64,000 nucleotides of DNA, from NCBI GenBank assembly GCA_050633305.1, contig JBOEGF010000022.1:64001-128000 (forward strand), read 5' to 3'. The notes under the pieces were generated by a model. That model worked only from the letters and a program-made list of their open reading frames with translations. It had not been told where the DNA came from and ran no database searches. The translations under genes and the position numbers were made by a program. The DNA comes from Nannocystales bacterium (lineage in GTDB: Bacteria; Myxococcota_A; Polyangia; Nannocystales; Nannocystaceae). Position 1 is the first letter of the stretch, and the number at the start of each line of letters is the position of its first letter. Shown here piece after piece: positions 28,062 to 38,414 of this stretch.

Positions 28062-29141
28062 TCAGCCCCGGAGCTGAATGCCGATCCACCCATCGAGCAG
28101 AGGGTGTCCCGCGCGGGCGACCGAGGCCGCCCCGGTGCGGATATCGAGACCGGGCAGGGCCCACGAAGCCCCCGCTCGCGCGACGACGGCGAGTCGAGCA
28201 CGGAGCCGAACGCTCCCGCCGAGGGTGGCACTGAGCAGCCCGACGATCGTCTGCGCCTTCGCCTGCTCCGCCCAGGCCACTGCGGCGCCGCCTCCGAGTC
28301 CCGCCGATGCCGAGACGCGTCGCTGGGCCCAGCCCCACCACATGGCATGGGTTCGCAGGAGCATCCAACCCACGCGGTCGGCGGGGTCTGCAACATCGCT
28401 GCGGACTGCGGTGACCATCGTGTTGGCTTCGAGTCCCAGCTGTTGGCGCTGGCCCCAGCCGTATCCGGCGCCCAGGGACGGACCGGCCATGACTCGGAGG
28501 CCGCCCGGGGACCCGCTGGGACCGAACCCGAGGGAGACCCGCCAACGCGGCGCAGTGGGTTGGTGCTGTGATGCTGCGGGAGGCGCGGGCGGGAGGGGAG
28601 CGGGTTGCGGAGGCGCGGGGTCGGACGGCTGCGCGTCGGGCACGGGTTGCATCGACGCGGCCACGGCCAGTTCGGCGGCTTGCACCGCGAGCATCTCCGC
28701 GCTCTCGCCGTTGCGAACGGGGACCTCGAGTGTGCGTCCCACCGCGGTTCCGGAGGCGTTTCTGTCCCACCACACCAGCGCCGCACCGCCGGTGGTGTCC
28801 TCGAGAAACACCGCCACACCCAGGACGTCCGGGTCGTCGAGCGCCGTTCGTACCCACGGTGGCATCGCCGTCGCTGCCGAGGGGTCGGGTGCGAACTCCG
28901 GAGGGGGCGGATGGTCTCGGGTCTCGAATCCCTCGGTCCGCAGTTCGGCCCGTACCCTGCGCAGTGCGGGCGTCCAGGCATCGGATGCGGAGGCGAGAAC
29001 GATGAGCACGACCCTGGCCCGGGAGGTTTGCTCCGTCGGCGCCGCTGCCCGGGCGACCGAGATGGAGCCGGGTCCAACCAGGGACGCCATCAACAGCCCG
29101 ACCGACGCCGTCCGAGCATTGCTCCACCTACGGAGCGTCAC
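28062..29141 (-). CDS. Secreted hypothetical protein with C-terminal beta-strand-rich (possible outer-membrane barrel) domain
   Basis: Signal-like N-terminus, Pro-rich linker, alternating strands ending GWIGIQLRG; overlaps the upstream stop. Start approximate. Confidence 0.6.
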   Translation of the reverse strand: MTLRRWSNARTASVGLLMASLVGPGSISVARAAAPTEQTSRARVVLIVLASASDAWTPALRRVRAELRTEGFETRDHPPPPEFAPDPSAATAMPPWVRTALDDPDVLGVAVFLEDTTGGAALVWWDRNASGTAVGRTLEVPVRNGESAEMLAVQAAELAVAASMQPVPDAQPSDPAPPQPAPLPPAPPAASQHQPTAPRWRVSLGFGPSGSPGGLRVMAGPSLGAGYGWGQRQQLGLEANTMVTAVRSDVADPADRVGWMLLRTHAMWWGWAQRRVSASAGLGGGAAVAWAEQAKAQTIVGLLSATLGGSVRLRARLAVVARAGASWALPGLDIRTGAASVARAGHPLLDGWIGIQLRG

Positions 29142-30282
29142 CCAGAGTCTTTCGTGCGAGGTCCACGTAGGTCCCCTGCGGATCGTCTTGGAGCACTTCG
29201 CGGGCCACAGAGCGCGCCGCGGCATGCTCTCCTCGCCGTCGCAGGACCCCGAGAAGCCGGCCCCGGGCTTCGGCGCGTAGGGAGCCCTGGGCGTTGCTTT
29301 CGAGGTACGTTCGGTACCAGGTTGCGGCGTCCTCGAGCCGGGCTTCGCGCTCCGCCTGGCGCCCCAGATAGAACGCCGCGCGTCGTGCTTCTCGGGACTT
29401 GGGAAACCTGCGCCGAAGCGTCTGCAACACCGCGATGCTGTCCTGGGGGGCGCCCCCGAGGCGCGCGACGTCGGCGAGGAGTTTGAGCTCGGCCTTCGAC
29501 AACGAGCCCGTCTTCTTCAGGGCGTTCGCCCCGGTGGCCTGCGCGAGGGCGTCGACGTATCGACCGTCCTTCGCGAGGCGTTTCCAGGCCTGGTCTCGGC
29601 GTCCGTCCACTCCCCTGGGTGCCTTGCTTGGTCCCTCGTCCGATGTTTCGTCGGCGCCCTTGGAGATGGTCCGCGTCGAAGTGATGACAACTTCAGAGCC
29701 GTGGACGCGAGCCTGGTACCCAGCGACGACGATGTGGGTCGCTGTTGCGACGTGCACAGACACCGATCCCTCCTCCACGCGCACATCGAGGGCGTCCGCC
29801 GTCGGCTCCCATGTGAACGTGACCCGAGCGTCCGCGTCCACATCGATCCGGTGCACGCCAGCCACGACTTCGCGAGCGGCGCTCGGGGCCAGCTCGACGG
29901 TCCCCGAGGCGAGCTGCAGGGGGCTGGAACTCACGGGCGCGTTCGCGGGATCGGAACGATCCGGATTCGAGCTTGGGGACACGATGGTCGGGCCCGCAGG
30001 CGCTCGGCGCTTCGAGGAGGCGATCGGGGTCGGCTTGGCCTGGGCGGGGGGCGCTTGCTCACCTCGGAGCCAGAGCACAGCCGCGGCGGCCACCGCCAGC
30101 GCACCGATGCCCGCCCACTTGAAGCTGGGAGCCCAGGCCGCCGTGTGACCTTGTGGCGCGGCTGCGGCTGCCGCGACCACGGCAGCACGTTGGCGAAGCC
30201 GATCGACGCCGGCATCCTGCTGCTGCGCTCGGCGCACCTCTGCGCCGAGCTTCCGCAGTCCACGGTGGTCCGAACCGGTCAT
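29128..30282 (-). CDS. FecR-like/TPR membrane protein, putative anti-sigma factor
   Basis: Single TM, LASGTVEL..VRVEEGSVSV FecR-like strands, C-terminal TPR helices; ATGA-coupled to the ECF gene. Confidence 0.75.
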   Translation of the reverse strand: MTGSDHRGLRKLGAEVRRAQQQDAGVDRLRQRAAVVAAAAAAPQGHTAAWAPSFKWAGIGALAVAAAAVLWLRGEQAPPAQAKPTPIASSKRRAPAGPTIVSPSSNPDRSDPANAPVSSSPLQLASGTVELAPSAAREVVAGVHRIDVDADARVTFTWEPTADALDVRVEEGSVSVHVATATHIVVAGYQARVHGSEVVITSTRTISKGADETSDEGPSKAPRGVDGRRDQAWKRLAKDGRYVDALAQATGANALKKTGSLSKAELKLLADVARLGGAPQDSIAVLQTLRRRFPKSREARRAAFYLGRQAEREARLEDAATWYRTYLESNAQGSLRAEARGRLLGVLRRRGEHAAARSVAREVLQDDPQGTYVDLARKTLGDAP

Positions 30283-30908
30283 GTGCCAGCCTCCCACCGG
30301 GTCCCGCGTTGGATACGGTCGAGCAACTCGGGGTCTCGCTGTGCGCGTCGAAGGAAGCGTTCGTTGGCCCGGCGGAGCCGTCGCTTGACCGTGGCCACCG
30401 AGCACCCACACACGCTGGCGATCTCGGCCAGCGGCCGTTCGTCGACGTAGCGGAACAGGAACACGATCCGGTCATCGGGCGGCAGGTCGTGTACGGTCGC
30501 GTAGAACCGTTTCAGCAACGCACGCCCTTCGAGGTCTTCGCCGGGTGCAGGGACCTCGGTGGTGTCGTCGCTGCCCGTGAGGTTGAGCCACCGCCAGCGT
30601 CTGCGTCGGCGAAGCTCGTCGCGGGTTGTGTTGGCCGCGATGGCCACGAGCCATGGGCGGAGCGCGGCGCGCTCGCGCAGCCCATCGAGTTTCTCCAGGG
30701 CGACGGAGAACACGCGCTGCACGATGTCGTCATGCTCGGGGTCTGGACCCAAGAGACTCCGCACCACCCGGTTGACGTCTGCGCCGTGCCGGTCGTACAG
30801 CACCGCGGCCAGCTCCGCGCCTTCGAGCTCGAACACGGCGGCGTCATCGGCCGACGGGGGAGGCTTGCCGGAGGCAGCCTTCGGGGTAGGGGAGAGGGAC
30901 CGGTTCAC
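30279..30908 (-). CDS. ECF sigma-70 factor
   Basis: EHDDIVQRVF..LRPWLVAIAAN; FRYVDERPLAEIA..CGCSVATVKRRLRRA. Start approximate. Confidence 0.88.
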   Translation of the reverse strand: MNRSLSPTPKAASGKPPPSADDAAVFELEGAELAAVLYDRHGADVNRVVRSLLGPDPEHDDIVQRVFSVALEKLDGLRERAALRPWLVAIAANTTRDELRRRRRWRWLNLTGSDDTTEVPAPGEDLEGRALLKRFYATVHDLPPDDRIVFLFRYVDERPLAEIASVCGCSVATVKRRLRRANERFLRRAQRDPELLDRIQRGTRWEAGT

Positions 30909-30997
30909 GGAGTGTTGCCTCCATGGTGCCGGTGTCGAGCCCGTGGGGTCCAGCCCGGACGGCGCAGGCATCGGAATTGGAGATACAGTCGTGGGCG

Positions 30998-32590
30998 ATG
31001 CGGGAGGGCTGGGCCAAGCGGACGGTGGTGGGAGCGATCTTCGCGACGCTCGCCGGATGCTCGAACGCTGGGGTTCTCCAGCTCGGCGAGGGTGATGCCG
31101 GCTCGACAAGTGGGCCGGGGACGAGCTCGGGAACCGGTGGCGAGGAGACGGAGGGTGGGTCGAGCACGATGGGGTCGAGCACGACAGACCCCGCAGCGGC
31201 GGACGGGTGTTGGAGCGTCCCGGTGGACGCCCCGACGTTCATGGTTGCCGCAGACGGCGTCGATGCGACCGGCGACGGAACATCGATGTCGCCGTGGGCG
31301 ACGCTGAGCCACGCCGTCACTCAGGTTCCCGACGGTGCGGTCATCGAAGTGGGGCCCGGCGAGTACGTCGGGCCGCAGGAGCTGCTCGGAGAGTTCGACC
31401 TCGGCATCACGGTTCGTGCGGTACCGCCCTATCAGGCCCGCCTGCGCCACAGCGGTCCCGTTGTCACGCTGGCCCGGGCCCAGGGCATCACCGTGGAGGG
31501 CTTCGACATCGCCCACGTTGGCCAAGGGGCGGGGCGTTTCGTGGTGCACGTCCGTGACGACTACGATGGGCCTGGAGGCGACACGTTCACCACCCGTGTC
31601 GTGCTTCGGGACAACATCATCCACGACAGTTTCAACGACGACTTGCTGCGTATCGACAGCGGGACGGCTGGGATCACGGTCGAGGGGAACGTCTTTTACA
31701 ACCAAGGTCCGAGCAACGAGCACGTCGACGTGAACGCTGCGTCCGAGGTCGACTTGCGGGGGAACATCTTCTTCAACGACTTCGCCGCATCCGGGCGGGT
31801 CAATGCGCGCGACACTGCGAGCTTCATCGCCGTCAAAGATGCCAACGGTGCGGACGATGAAGTCTCCGGTGCATCGTCGATTCACATCGACGGCAACATC
31901 TTCATGGGCTGGCAAGGCACCGCGGCGACGAACTTCGTGCAGCTGGCCGAGAACGGGTACGCGTTCTACGAAGCGCGGGACGTTTTGGTGCAGAACAATC
32001 TGATGCTCGGGGACGGCGGCGATGAGATGCGGGCGCCGTTCGGCTGCAAGGGGGCGACGAACGTGGTCGTGCGCAACAACACCGTTGTGGGCAACATCCC
32101 CGCCAGCGCGTTTGCCTTCCGGCTCAACGTCGAGGGCGAGAGCCCACCCAACGACGGCATCTCGTTCTTCAACAATGTGTGGAGCGCACCGGGGGGAACC
32201 ATGATGGACCTGACCGATACCGAGCCGGTCAGTCCGTTGCAGAACTTCGCGCTCGAGGCCAACGTCTACTGGAACGGGGACCAGGCGATCCCGCAAGATG
32301 CGAGCGACACGGTCAACGTCGACATCGACGCCAACGCGATCGTCGCGGACCCGCGCATCGAGTCGCTGCCCTTGATCAACCCGGTCTGGGATGCGACCGC
32401 CGAACAGTTCGACGGGGGGCGCGTTTCGGTCTGCGAAGCCTTCGAGAACCTGGTCCTGCGTCACGGCGTCCCGGGGCCGGATGGCGCCGCTGCGGGGAGC
32501 GCGCTGGCCTCTGAGCTGCCTGCACGCGACATTCTGGGGCGTACTCGCACGACCGCAGATGTCGGTGCGGTCGCGATTTCGCAGCCCTGA
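30998..32590 (+). CDS. Lipoprotein with right-handed parallel beta-helix (pectin lyase-like) domain
   Basis: LAGC lipobox; GDGT..SPWATLSHA..GAVI.V.PGEY; repeated V.GNIF/NNT strands. Confidence 0.8.
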   Translation: MREGWAKRTVVGAIFATLAGCSNAGVLQLGEGDAGSTSGPGTSSGTGGEETEGGSSTMGSSTTDPAAADGCWSVPVDAPTFMVAADGVDATGDGTSMSPWATLSHAVTQVPDGAVIEVGPGEYVGPQELLGEFDLGITVRAVPPYQARLRHSGPVVTLARAQGITVEGFDIAHVGQGAGRFVVHVRDDYDGPGGDTFTTRVVLRDNIIHDSFNDDLLRIDSGTAGITVEGNVFYNQGPSNEHVDVNAASEVDLRGNIFFNDFAASGRVNARDTASFIAVKDANGADDEVSGASSIHIDGNIFMGWQGTAATNFVQLAENGYAFYEARDVLVQNNLMLGDGGDEMRAPFGCKGATNVVVRNNTVVGNIPASAFAFRLNVEGESPPNDGISFFNNVWSAPGGTMMDLTDTEPVSPLQNFALEANVYWNGDQAIPQDASDTVNVDIDANAIVADPRIESLPLINPVWDATAEQFDGGRVSVCEAFENLVLRHGVPGPDGAAAGSALASELPARDILGRTRTTADVGAVAISQP

Positions 32591-32719
32591 GCGTGCCGGA
32601 GGCGTCGCCATTCCCTCAGTAGACGCCGCAGCGGATCCGATGGGCTCACAAATCCCCGCAGCGGGGCCGGGTTCCAACAAACACGGGAGCGGATCGCCCG
32701 CGAGCACAACAGTCGGGGC

Positions 32720-32974
32720 GTGACGACACCGCGCTTGCTTCCGATCCCGTTTCTCCTCCGCCCCAGGCCGATGGGGGCGAACCGGCGCCGCGCGGGCGCG
32801 GGGTGGACCTCCGGCAAGGCAGGGGTCGCGGAGGGTGGAGGCAGGGCCGGGGGAATCGTCGCCGAAGACGGATGGTGGCAACCGGCGCAGGAGCACGCCT
32901 ACGAGGTGTTGGATGGTGACCGGAAGCAGAGGGGCCTGTTCGCAGTCCCGTCCGAGCCCGAGCGTGGCCGTTGA
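32720..32974 (+). CDS. Small hypothetical ORF
   Basis: 84-aa ORF in an otherwise empty gap; contains GWW..YEV..F. Confidence 0.25.
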   Translation: MTTPRLLPIPFLLRPRPMGANRRRAGAGWTSGKAGVAEGGGRAGGIVAEDGWWQPAQEHAYEVLDGDRKQRGLFAVPSEPERGR

Positions 32975-33024
32975 TCATGTCGCGCCTGCTACGAAAATGG
33001 TCCGGTCTTGTCTATCGTGCCCCG

Positions 33025-33651
33025 ATGAACGTGGCGAAGGAACCCGCCGACTTCGAGCTGTTGGAGCAGTGGCGAGATGGGGATCGCGACGCGGGCAACG
33101 TGTTGTTCACCCGCCACTTTCGGCCGTTGTTTCGGTTCTTTCGCACGAAGGTGACCGATGAGGTTGCTGAAGACCTCACCCAGGTCAGCTTCTTGGCCTG
33201 TGTGGATGGCCGCGACAAGTTTCGTGGGGCTTCCAGTTTCCGAACCTACCTGTTTGCGATCGGACGCAATCAGCTGTTCATGCACTTTCGCAAGCGAGGA
33301 CGCGAGGAGTCGGATGCGGTTTTTGGGACGGTCTCGGTCGCCGACCTCGGCGCTGGCCCCAGCACGCTCATCGCCGCCAAGGCGGAGCAGCGCCTGCTAC
33401 TGCGAGCCCTGCGTCGAATCCCGGTCGACTTCCAGATCGCGATCGAGCTGTACTACTGGGAGGGGGTCTCCACGGCCGAAATCGCGGTGGTGCTCGAGGT
33501 CCCCGAAGGGACGGTTCGCAGCCGGCTCACTCGGGCGCGCTCGCACTTGAGTTCTCAGATGCGGGAGTTGGCGGAGTCGGCGGAGTTGGCCGAGAGCACC
33601 ATTGCGGACTTCGAGCAGTGGGCGAAGTCGTTGCGCGATGGCCTCCTGTAG
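33025..33651 (+). CDS. ECF sigma-70 factor (paralog of 22200..22829)
   Basis: DFELLEQWR.GD..AG..LF.RHF, AEDLTQ, ELYYWEG.STAEIA.VL..PEGTVRSRL.RAR. Confidence 0.92.
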   Translation: MNVAKEPADFELLEQWRDGDRDAGNVLFTRHFRPLFRFFRTKVTDEVAEDLTQVSFLACVDGRDKFRGASSFRTYLFAIGRNQLFMHFRKRGREESDAVFGTVSVADLGAGPSTLIAAKAEQRLLLRALRRIPVDFQIAIELYYWEGVSTAEIAVVLEVPEGTVRSRLTRARSHLSSQMRELAESAELAESTIADFEQWAKSLRDGLL

Positions 33652-33691
33652 AGCGCCGCTCATTCCGACGCGACCGGGCCCCGACTTTGGC

Positions 33692-36244
33692 TCACCCCGC
33701 TTCCTGCGTCGCTGCAGCGAGGTCGACGTCGGTCTTGCCGGCTTCGAGGGGGACCCCGAGTCGGATGAACAACGACTTCGCCTCGCGGAGCTTCTCCAGC
33801 GCCAACTCCGACTGGTCGTCGACCTGCAATGCGTGTCCCCATGAGCGGAGCGTGTACGCGGTGGTCAGGTGCTCCTTCCCAAAGACGGACATCGAAAGCT
33901 CGACCGCAGCGGCGCTGACCTGGATCCCGTCTTGGGTTTGGCCCAGGGTCAGGAGGGCGTCGGACTCGGCGAGCATGCACTCGATTTCGCGCCACGAGTT
34001 CTTCCCGTGGACCGCCCGGACGATCCGTTTTGCCTCTCTTACGCTGTGCAGGGAACCTTCCGCGTCATCGAGCGCGCGTTGGGCAATGGCGAGGTTGGTC
34101 AGCGTGCTCACCAGGACCGGGTGTTCGGGTCCCAACACCGCGCGTTGTGCCTCGAGGACGTCGAGCAACTCGGCAAGAGCTTCGTCGGCCCGCCCGTTCT
34201 TTGCCCGCATTCCCGCCCGGTTCTGGCGGGCGAGCAAGACCCGCGGGTGCGTCGATCCGAACGAGGCGTACCCTATCTCCAACGCCTGCGCGTAGGCCCG
34301 TTCCGCCTCGTCGATGCGGCCACGCTGGTTGTCGATGTTGGCCAGGTTGGTCAGGACACGCATTCGCAGGGGTGAGCCGTCCTCGAGGTCCGCGAGGCTC
34401 CGCTCGTGAACGGCGGTGGCCTCATCCCAGCGTCCTGCGCTGGCAAGCACGGCACCCTCGTTGTTGAGCAGGGCCGAGCGCAGGGCGGGGGCGGCTCGAC
34501 CCTCGATCGCCGCGTGCCCCATTGCGGCCCAAGTCAGCGCGTGGTCGAAGGCGGCATCGATCTCTCCGAGCTCCCACGTCAGCCCGGCCGCGGCGCGTGC
34601 GAACGATTCGGGAAGCTGGGCGCGCTGGGACTCGATCGCGGCAGTGCGGAAGCCGGCGAGGGCCTCGTCATGGTCACCGAGCCAGCTTGCCGCGTCGGCA
34701 GCGACCAGGGTCGCTGCGACACAGGTCGGCGGATGGTCCAGGCTGGACGACGCGCATGCCTCCCGGACGGGAACGATCGCCTCGGCAGCGCGGTCGTGGT
34801 GCCCGGCCTCGAGCTCGGCTCGCCCGCGGGCGAGCACTTCGTTGGCGTTCTCGACATTCTGGCGAGCATCTGCGGGCACCGGGTGTGCGGTTCGCAAGGT
34901 CTCGATGTCGGCGCAGGCTTGGGGGGACGGCAGTGCGCCCACGGCCCGGACGGCCTTGTCGACCGCGGATGGGTCGGCCTCTAAGAATACATCCAGCTGA
35001 GCGTCAAATCGGGCGAGCTGCGCGTCGAGGCACCGTGTTCGTAGATCCAATCCTTGCGCGGACTGCAGGCCTCGCTCGTGGTCGAGACAAGCGTCGTACC
35101 TGGACTCAGCCCACTCGGTTGCCCAGCGGTCGAGGATCGCCTGGGCGGTGCGTCCACTGCTTGCTGCATGCGGAAGCGCTGTGGCTTCGAACGCCGTGGA
35201 CATCGCGGAGCGGGTTGTCTCGCTCCACCGCCCCGGCAGCCTCTTGCTGCCCTCACACGGTCGGTCTGACTGCCCGAACGCCACCCCTGCCGAGACGCCG
35301 AGGGTGACGACTACGACTCCGCCGAGCGTCCGTGTGTGTCGGGTGAGGGACCGGGCCAGCGCTGTGTCGAGCTCGCGCATCGAGGCGAATCGGTCCGCGG
35401 CGAGTGGAGCGAGCCCACGCTGCAGGACCCGCGAGATGCGAGTCGGTACAGCAGCGGCGGCCGGGGGCAGCGGAACCAGGTCCTTGGCCTGGCGCAGGGC
35501 GTCGAGGTCGTCCTGCGGGAACGGCGGTTGTCCGTAGACCGCCTCCCACAGCGCGACGCAGAAACAGTACTGATCGGTGCGGGCGTCGACACCATCCGCG
35601 CGGTGTTGCTCGGGCGCCATGTAGCGGGGGGTTCCCGCGGACCGCGTTTGTTCGGCACGCTCGCCGGCGTTGGCTTGGGCCGCGCCTGCCCGCGCGAGGC
35701 CGAAGTCGAGCACACGGACCCGACCGTCGGTTCCCAAGAGTGCGTTGGCGGGTTTGAAGTCTCGGTGGACGATGCCCGCGTCGTGTGCCGCGGCCAACCC
35801 GGCTGCCGCTTGGCGGTAGATGGCGACCACGGCTCGCCACCCCAGTTCCGTTGTGTCCATCGTGGACAGGGGCTTGCCGTCGACGAACTCCATCGCCAAG
35901 AACAACTCGTCGCCGGACTCGCCGACGTCGTGGACGGTGACCACGTTGGGGTGGGCGAGTTTGGCCAGGGCTCGGGCTTCACTGTGAAGCCCCTCCGTCG
36001 CGCCGCCGTGCAGCACCTTGATCGCGACCTTTCGGTCCAACCGGGGGTCCCAGGCCGAGTAGACGGCGCCGTAGCTGCCCTCGCCCAGCTTTTCGATCAG
36101 GGCGTACCGCTCGAGGGTGGGCGGCTTGGAGCTGCCAAACAACGCGCCCTGAATCCGCGCCATGGCCACGTCTTCTCCGACCTTGTCGATCGGAGGGGCG
36201 GGCAGGACGTCGGGGTCCGAGACCAGTCGGCGCGCGTCGACCAC
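33692..36244 (-). CDS. Ser/Thr protein kinase with TM and C-terminal TPR repeats
   Basis: GEGSYGAVY, VAIK, HRDFKPAN, DFG, GTPRYMAPE; TPRs with HP motifs. Start approximate. Confidence 0.92.
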   Translation of the reverse strand: MVDARRLVSDPDVLPAPPIDKVGEDVAMARIQGALFGSSKPPTLERYALIEKLGEGSYGAVYSAWDPRLDRKVAIKVLHGGATEGLHSEARALAKLAHPNVVTVHDVGESGDELFLAMEFVDGKPLSTMDTTELGWRAVVAIYRQAAAGLAAAHDAGIVHRDFKPANALLGTDGRVRVLDFGLARAGAAQANAGERAEQTRSAGTPRYMAPEQHRADGVDARTDQYCFCVALWEAVYGQPPFPQDDLDALRQAKDLVPLPPAAAAVPTRISRVLQRGLAPLAADRFASMRELDTALARSLTRHTRTLGGVVVVTLGVSAGVAFGQSDRPCEGSKRLPGRWSETTRSAMSTAFEATALPHAASSGRTAQAILDRWATEWAESRYDACLDHERGLQSAQGLDLRTRCLDAQLARFDAQLDVFLEADPSAVDKAVRAVGALPSPQACADIETLRTAHPVPADARQNVENANEVLARGRAELEAGHHDRAAEAIVPVREACASSSLDHPPTCVAATLVAADAASWLGDHDEALAGFRTAAIESQRAQLPESFARAAAGLTWELGEIDAAFDHALTWAAMGHAAIEGRAAPALRSALLNNEGAVLASAGRWDEATAVHERSLADLEDGSPLRMRVLTNLANIDNQRGRIDEAERAYAQALEIGYASFGSTHPRVLLARQNRAGMRAKNGRADEALAELLDVLEAQRAVLGPEHPVLVSTLTNLAIAQRALDDAEGSLHSVREAKRIVRAVHGKNSWREIECMLAESDALLTLGQTQDGIQVSAAAVELSMSVFGKEHLTTAYTLRSWGHALQVDDQSELALEKLREAKSLFIRLGVPLEAGKTDVDLAAATQEAG

Positions 36245-36248
36245 GGCC

Positions 36249-38414
36249 TCAAAACTGCGCCTGAAGTCCGCCGAGCACCAGCAGAGACTGCGCCTGGTCC
36301 CCGGGCTTGGGTCGGTTGCCCTCGTCCTCGGCGGGAGGCTCGAACTCCTGCTCGCCAAAGACGCCGCGAAACTGAACGACCAGCCGAAGCCAGCGACGCA
36401 GCCGGAATCTCAGGTCCAGGTTGGGCGAGACGATGAAGTTCAAGGTGTCGCCCGTGATGTCGTCGGCGCCCCGGTAGGGCAGCGAGAAGCCCATGCCCAG
36501 TCCTCCGCCAAGCGCGATGCGTTCTTGCAGGGACACGACCACCCCCGGCTCGACCAGAACCCGCGCCCACCCGATGCGGGCTTCGCCGCTCTGCTCGGAG
36601 GTCGTGTTGTCGCCTTCGAGGTTGCGCATCGGGGGGTCGAGTTCGTCGTCGGTGTCGTCGACGACCGGCACGCCCCAACGGCCCAAGGTGCCCCCGGCCC
36701 GCAGCTCGAATCCGACCCGGTTCCAGCCCGGACGCCGCGGCCGGAAACGGACGGCAAACATGCCCAGACCCGAAAAGTAGATCGGCGGGGTCTCGAGGTT
36801 GCCCGACCACGCGGGGCCGCCTCCGAACAACAATGAGAGGTTGAAGCTGACCCGCCGCGCGCCTCGCTCGGGGCGCCCCAGGACGAGCTCGCCGTCCTCG
36901 ACCGAGGCCACCAGCTCGTCGTAGGCCCGGTCGCCGCGAGGTTTGAAGCGCACGCTCTCGCAGGTTCCGCCGCGGCCTTGAAGCCCGGCGCCGGGGACCC
37001 TGAGCAGCAGGCGGTCGAGGTGCGTGACGCCGTACTCGCGCTCGGCTCCGTCCTCGCCGAACAACACGATGCCGCGGATCTGGTTGTCGGGCGTGGAGGT
37101 CTCCCACTGGTTGATGTTGGCCGCGAGGTAGACCTCGTCGGCGGCGACAAAGCTGGTGAGCTCTTGGCCGCTCTGCGCGAGCGTGTCGGTCCAGCGCTGG
37201 TTGGGGTCGTCCTTCTCGAAGGTGATCTGCAGCGGGAGGTCGAGGTCGAGGGCCTGCTCGGTGATGAACTCACCCGGGCACGAGTAGGCGCAGCCCGAGT
37301 CGGTGACCGTGGCCGCACAGGTCGTGCCGGTCTCCAAGGTGGCGTCCGGGCACGCGTCGCGGGCGTAGATGCACGGTGGGCGCCGCCAGGTGAACGTGAC
37401 CTGGTTGAAGTCGAGCGACATCGGGCTCTTGGGCCACTCACCCTCGAAGCTCCCGCCGAAGCGGGCCGCGCCCGAGCCTCCCTCGGGCGCGTCGAGCTCG
37501 ACGTCCACGCCGCCCACCCGAAGCGGTGCGGGCGGCATACGAATCTGGATGACTTCGGAGCCGACGAGGTTGCCCACGCAGCGTCCCGGCACGTAGTCGA
37601 TGCCGTTGATGCGCACGCCGAGGCGGTCGCGGTCCGCCGCATTGACCCGGGTCCGGGGCAGGCGGACCTCGACCATTCGACAGCGGGGGGTGAGGGCCAG
37701 CTGCACCGTGGTGGCCCGGCTGCTGCCATCCGTGTCGGCGCCCGGGTCTTCGGATCGGCCGCGTTCACTGCGTCGGTGCGAACGGTAGTAGCCACCGAGA
37801 CTCCGTGCCGTGACGATGACGCGGTCGAAGGGCGGGCTCATCACGCCGATCGTGGCGATGCCGCCGGCGAGCCGAACGCTTTCGATCTTCGGCGGCGATC
37901 CTTCGAGAAACTCGAGAAGTACGAACAGCGGCCGAGCTTCTTCGGACTCGCTGCCTTGGGTGAGGCTGTCGGCGGTGCAGGCGACGTGCAGCTCGTCTTG
38001 CCCGGACAAGCCACTGGGAAGCTCGATGCGGGGACGGCAGTCGGCCGAGGCGTCGTCGGAACATCGGAGTGCATCGACGGACTTGTCGTCGGCCTCTGGG
38101 TTCCAGACCGACGGCTTGACCCGCCAGCTGGTGCCGCGGACTCCGGTGACGGAGGACTCGGCCTGGGGCTCGAGAAGCTCGCGCAGCGTCTTGCGGGTGC
38201 GGGCACCCTTGCCCTCACTCACCACGCACAGATGCGTGGGCACGTCGGCGTCTTCGGGACGGAGGTCGAGGGTGACGACGCCGTATCCGTCACTCGCGTG
38301 GGCCAACGAGGGGGCGCCCAGGAGGACCAAAACGCCCAGAGTGAAGAACCACCCCGAGAATCCTCGGGGCAAACCTCGGGCGAGTCCCAGAAAGCGGTGG
38401 GTCAAGGTTTGCAT
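36249..38414 (-). CDS. Large secreted Cys-containing protein with C-terminal beta-barrel-like domain
   Basis: Real start MQTLTHRF (38414) overlaps the kinase stop; AHA signal cleavage site; ends LVLGGLQAQF (beta-signal-like). Confidence 0.65.
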   Translation of the reverse strand: MQTLTHRFLGLARGLPRGFSGWFFTLGVLVLLGAPSLAHASDGYGVVTLDLRPEDADVPTHLCVVSEGKGARTRKTLRELLEPQAESSVTGVRGTSWRVKPSVWNPEADDKSVDALRCSDDASADCRPRIELPSGLSGQDELHVACTADSLTQGSESEEARPLFVLLEFLEGSPPKIESVRLAGGIATIGVMSPPFDRVIVTARSLGGYYRSHRRSERGRSEDPGADTDGSSRATTVQLALTPRCRMVEVRLPRTRVNAADRDRLGVRINGIDYVPGRCVGNLVGSEVIQIRMPPAPLRVGGVDVELDAPEGGSGAARFGGSFEGEWPKSPMSLDFNQVTFTWRRPPCIYARDACPDATLETGTTCAATVTDSGCAYSCPGEFITEQALDLDLPLQITFEKDDPNQRWTDTLAQSGQELTSFVAADEVYLAANINQWETSTPDNQIRGIVLFGEDGAEREYGVTHLDRLLLRVPGAGLQGRGGTCESVRFKPRGDRAYDELVASVEDGELVLGRPERGARRVSFNLSLLFGGGPAWSGNLETPPIYFSGLGMFAVRFRPRRPGWNRVGFELRAGGTLGRWGVPVVDDTDDELDPPMRNLEGDNTTSEQSGEARIGWARVLVEPGVVVSLQERIALGGGLGMGFSLPYRGADDITGDTLNFIVSPNLDLRFRLRRWLRLVVQFRGVFGEQEFEPPAEDEGNRPKPGDQAQSLLVLGGLQAQF

